This document shows, in pieces, positions 61,097 through 64,000 of a DNA stretch of 64,000 bases. The DNA comes from Macrostomum lignano (taxonomy: Eukaryota), in assembly GCA_002269645.1 (NCBI GenBank), contig NIVC01002028.1, positions 50,886-114,885 on the forward strand, in the 5' to 3' direction. Position numbers and translations under genes: made by a program. Under the pieces are notes generated by a model that saw only the letters and a list, made by a program, of their open reading frames with translations, did no database searches and was not told the origin of the DNA. Positions within the stretch are counted from its first letter, which is position 1. Every line of letters begins with the position of its first letter.

Positions 61097-62215
61097 TCAG
61101 GTAGCAATGGAGGGTTGAATTAAAGGGTTCAGGTGGCAATGGAGGGTTGAATCAAAGGGTTCAGGTAGGGGGGGGGGGCGTAGCCCAGCGGTCTAGCGCA
61201 GGCTCTGGTGTGCCAGCAACCCAGGCTCGATTCCAAGTGCAGTCACATTAATTTGGGGCTGAATTGGAATCTCAGCTTGGCTCTGCTCGTGCAATTAACG
61301 GCCTTGAGAGCCAACCCCCCAAGGCGCAGTGAAGTGTACATGCCTAACGATAATATAAAGTTAGGGCCGCTGTACACTCCTGTGTGAGTGTGTGCCTGCG
61401 TACGTATCCGCGCGCTTGTATGCCTGCTCAGGGGAGTCGGCAGAATGGGCAGCAATGCCTCTCGCCAGTTGTGTGCCAATGTCGCTTAAAGTGCGCCAGG
61501 GTGCACACAACCCCCCCTGCCTCTAATAAAAAGGGTTCAGGTAGCAATGGAGGGTTAAATCAAAGGGTTCAGATAGCAATGGAGGGTAGAATCAAAGGGT
61601 TTAGGTAGCAATGGAGAGTTGAATCAAAGGGTTCAGGTGGCAATGGAGGGTTGAATTAAAGGGTTCAGGTAGCAATGGAGGGTTAAATCAAAGGGTTCAG
61701 ATAGCAATGGAGGGTTGAATCAAAGGGTTCAGGTAGCAATGGAGGGTTGAATCAAAGGGTTCAGGTAGCAATGGAGGGTTGAATCAAAGGGTTCAGGTAG
61801 CAATGGAGGGTTGAATCAAAGGGTTCAGGTAGCAATGGAGGGTTGAATCAAAGGGTTCAGGTAGCAATGGAGGGTTGAATCAAAGGGTTCAGGTAGCAAT
61901 GGAGGGTTGAATCAAAGGGTTCAGGTAGCAATGGAGGGTTGAATCAAAGGGTTCAGGTAGCAATGGAGGGTTGAATCAAAGGGTTCAGATAGCAATGGAG
62001 GGTTGAATCAAAGGGTTCAGATAGCAATGGAGGGTTGAATCAAAGGGTTCAGATAGCAATGGAGGGTTGAATCAAAGGGTTCAGATAGCAATGGAGGGTT
62101 GAATCAAAGGGTTCAGGTAGCAATGGAGGGTTGAATCAAAGGGTTCAGGTAGCAATGGAGGGTTGAATAAAAGGGTTCAGGTAACAATGTAGGGCTGAAT
62201 CTAAGGCTTCAGATA
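61097..62215. repeat. 32-bp satellite (GGTAGCAATGGAGGGTTGAATCAAAGGGTTCA)n
   Basis: Period of 32 bp; unrelated in sequence to the 32-bp satellite at 32461; interrupted by a SINE-like insertion. Confidence 0.95.
61169..61528 (+). mobile_element. Second tRNA-derived SINE-like element inserted in the satellite
   Basis: G-run, A box TAGCCCAGCGGTCTAGCGC, B box GGCTCGATTCC, A-rich end TAATAA; flanked on both sides by AAAGGGTTCAGGTAG (TSD-like, though also part of the monomer). Confidence 0.7.
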
Positions 62216-62664
62216 GCAGTCATAGGTATCATTATGAGCAAATTAATTTATGGGAAAAAGCAGATAAGTATCACTTTATTTTTCGTTGTAATGCACGTTA
62301 GATGAGATAGAAAATAAGTTATACTCAAGCGAATTAGTCAGTGCACCAACGGACTCTATGATATTTAAATTATACCGAATGCATAGAGCAGAAATGGGCC
62401 AGCTGTTTGAGTACAATAGGAACTCCACGAATTCCTACTGTATGAGTCATGCCTTACTGAATACATCGTTCTTGTGAAAGTAATAAAGTATGCTTGAAGC
62501 TTAAACGTATGTGAAAATTCACAAATTTCGCCAGCTATCTTCAATGATTCCCATGCAAAACTATCTCTCAGACTTCCGTCTGCTTCATTAATATTGAATT
62601 TATCTTCGGCAATGACTTCTTTAGACTCAGCTGTCAGTTACCGGTGGCGCTATCAGATGTTGTA

Positions 62665-64000
62665 ACCGTAGACACTGTAGACACTGTAGACACTGTAGAC
62701 ACTGTAGACACTGTAGACACTGTAGACACTGTAGACACTGTAGACACTGTAGACACTGTAGACACTGTAGACACTGTAGACACTGTAGACACTGTAGATG
62801 CTGTAGACACTGTAGACACTGTAGACACTGTAGACACTGTAGACACTGTAGATGCTGTAGACACTGTAGACACTGTAGACACTGTAGACACTGTAGACAC
62901 TGTAGACACTGTAGATGCTGTAGACACTGTAGATGCTGTAGACACTGTAGACACTGTAGACAATGTAGACACTGTAGACACTGTAGACACTGTAGACACT
63001 GTAGACACTGTAGACACTGTAGACACTGTAGACGCTGTAGACACTGTAGACGCTGTAGACACTGTAGACGCTGTAGACACTTTAGACACTGTAGACACTG
63101 TAGACACTGTAGACACTGTAGACACTGTAGACACTGTAGACACTGTAGACACTGTAGACACTGTAGACGCTGTAGACACTGTAGACACTGTAGACACTGT
63201 AGACACTGTAGACACTGTAGACACTGTAGACACTGTAGACGCTGTAGACACTGTAGACACTGTAGACACTGTAGACACTGTAGACACTGTAGACACTGTA
63301 GACAATGTAGACACTGTAGACACTGTAGACACTGTAGACACTGTAGACACTGTAGACACTGTAGACACTGTAGACACTGTAGACACTGTAGACACTGTAG
63401 ACACTGTAGACACTTTAGACACTGTAGACACTGTAGACACTGTAGACACTGTAGACACTGTAGACAATGTAGACACTGTAGACACTGTAGACACTGTAGA
63501 CACTGTAGACACTGTAGACACTGTAGACACTGTAGACACTGTAGACAATGTAGACACTGTAGACACTGTAGACACTGTAGACACTGTAGACACTGTAGAC
63601 ACTGTAGACACTGTAGACACTGTAGACACTGTAGACACTGTAGACACTGTAGACACTGTAGACACTGTAGACACTGTAGACACTGTAGACACTGTAGACA
63701 CTGTAGACACTGTAGACACTGTAGACACTGTAGACGCTGTAGACACTGTAGACACTGTAGACACTGTAGACACTGTAGACACTGTAGACACTGTAGACAC
63801 TGTAGACACTGTAGACGCTCTAGACGCTGTAGACACTGTAGACACTGTAGACACTGTAGACACTGTAGACACTGTAGACACTGTAGACGCTGTAGACACT
63901 GTAGACACTGTAGACACTGTAGACACTGTAGACACTGTAGACACTGTAGACACTGTAGACACTGTAGACACTGTAGACACTGTAGACACTGTAGACACTG
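62665..64000. repeat. 9-bp tandem repeat (GTAGACACT)n running to the window end
   Basis: Period of 9 bp; produces the artefactual (STV)n ORF. Confidence 0.98.

Noticed and set aside
62634-63998. 454-aa (STV)n mucin- or antifreeze-like ORF
   Set aside because: Translation of a 9-bp tandem repeat; no ATG start, signal peptide or unique sequence.

Overview
Intron-containing, repeat-rich animal genomic DNA. The organism is not determinable from the window; the style suggests a flatworm such as Macrostomum, which is an inference. Ordinary genes: a 2-exon DEG/ENaC channel (8410-11026,+), an intronless stefin/cystatin (16797-17108,+) and an 8-exon SLC13 transporter (56487-60541,-). The centre (19101-55870) is a three-unit tandem segmental duplication of an apparent innate-immune locus. 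The rightmost unit holds a gene whose 17-ankyrin-repeat exon splices in frame to a Mab-21/cGAS-like nucleotidyltransferase (about 1200 aa). The other two units have lost almost all of the ankyrin exon and instead carry a gene for a secreted, probably amidated, cationic peptide precursor plus 15-bp and 32-bp satellites. Inserted into the first 15-bp satellite is a young 4.3-kb pol-less LTR element. Its gag has a canonical -1 frameshift signal (T TTA AAC plus a GC hairpin) leading into a 199-codon frame that encodes a cold-shock domain and a coiled coil instead of Pol. Also present: a TRIM with TSD and tRNA-Lys PBS, CORE-type SINEs, a long-TIR mariner derivative, piggyBac remnants, MITEs and many mini/microsatellites. 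All splice models and coordinates were derived by hand.
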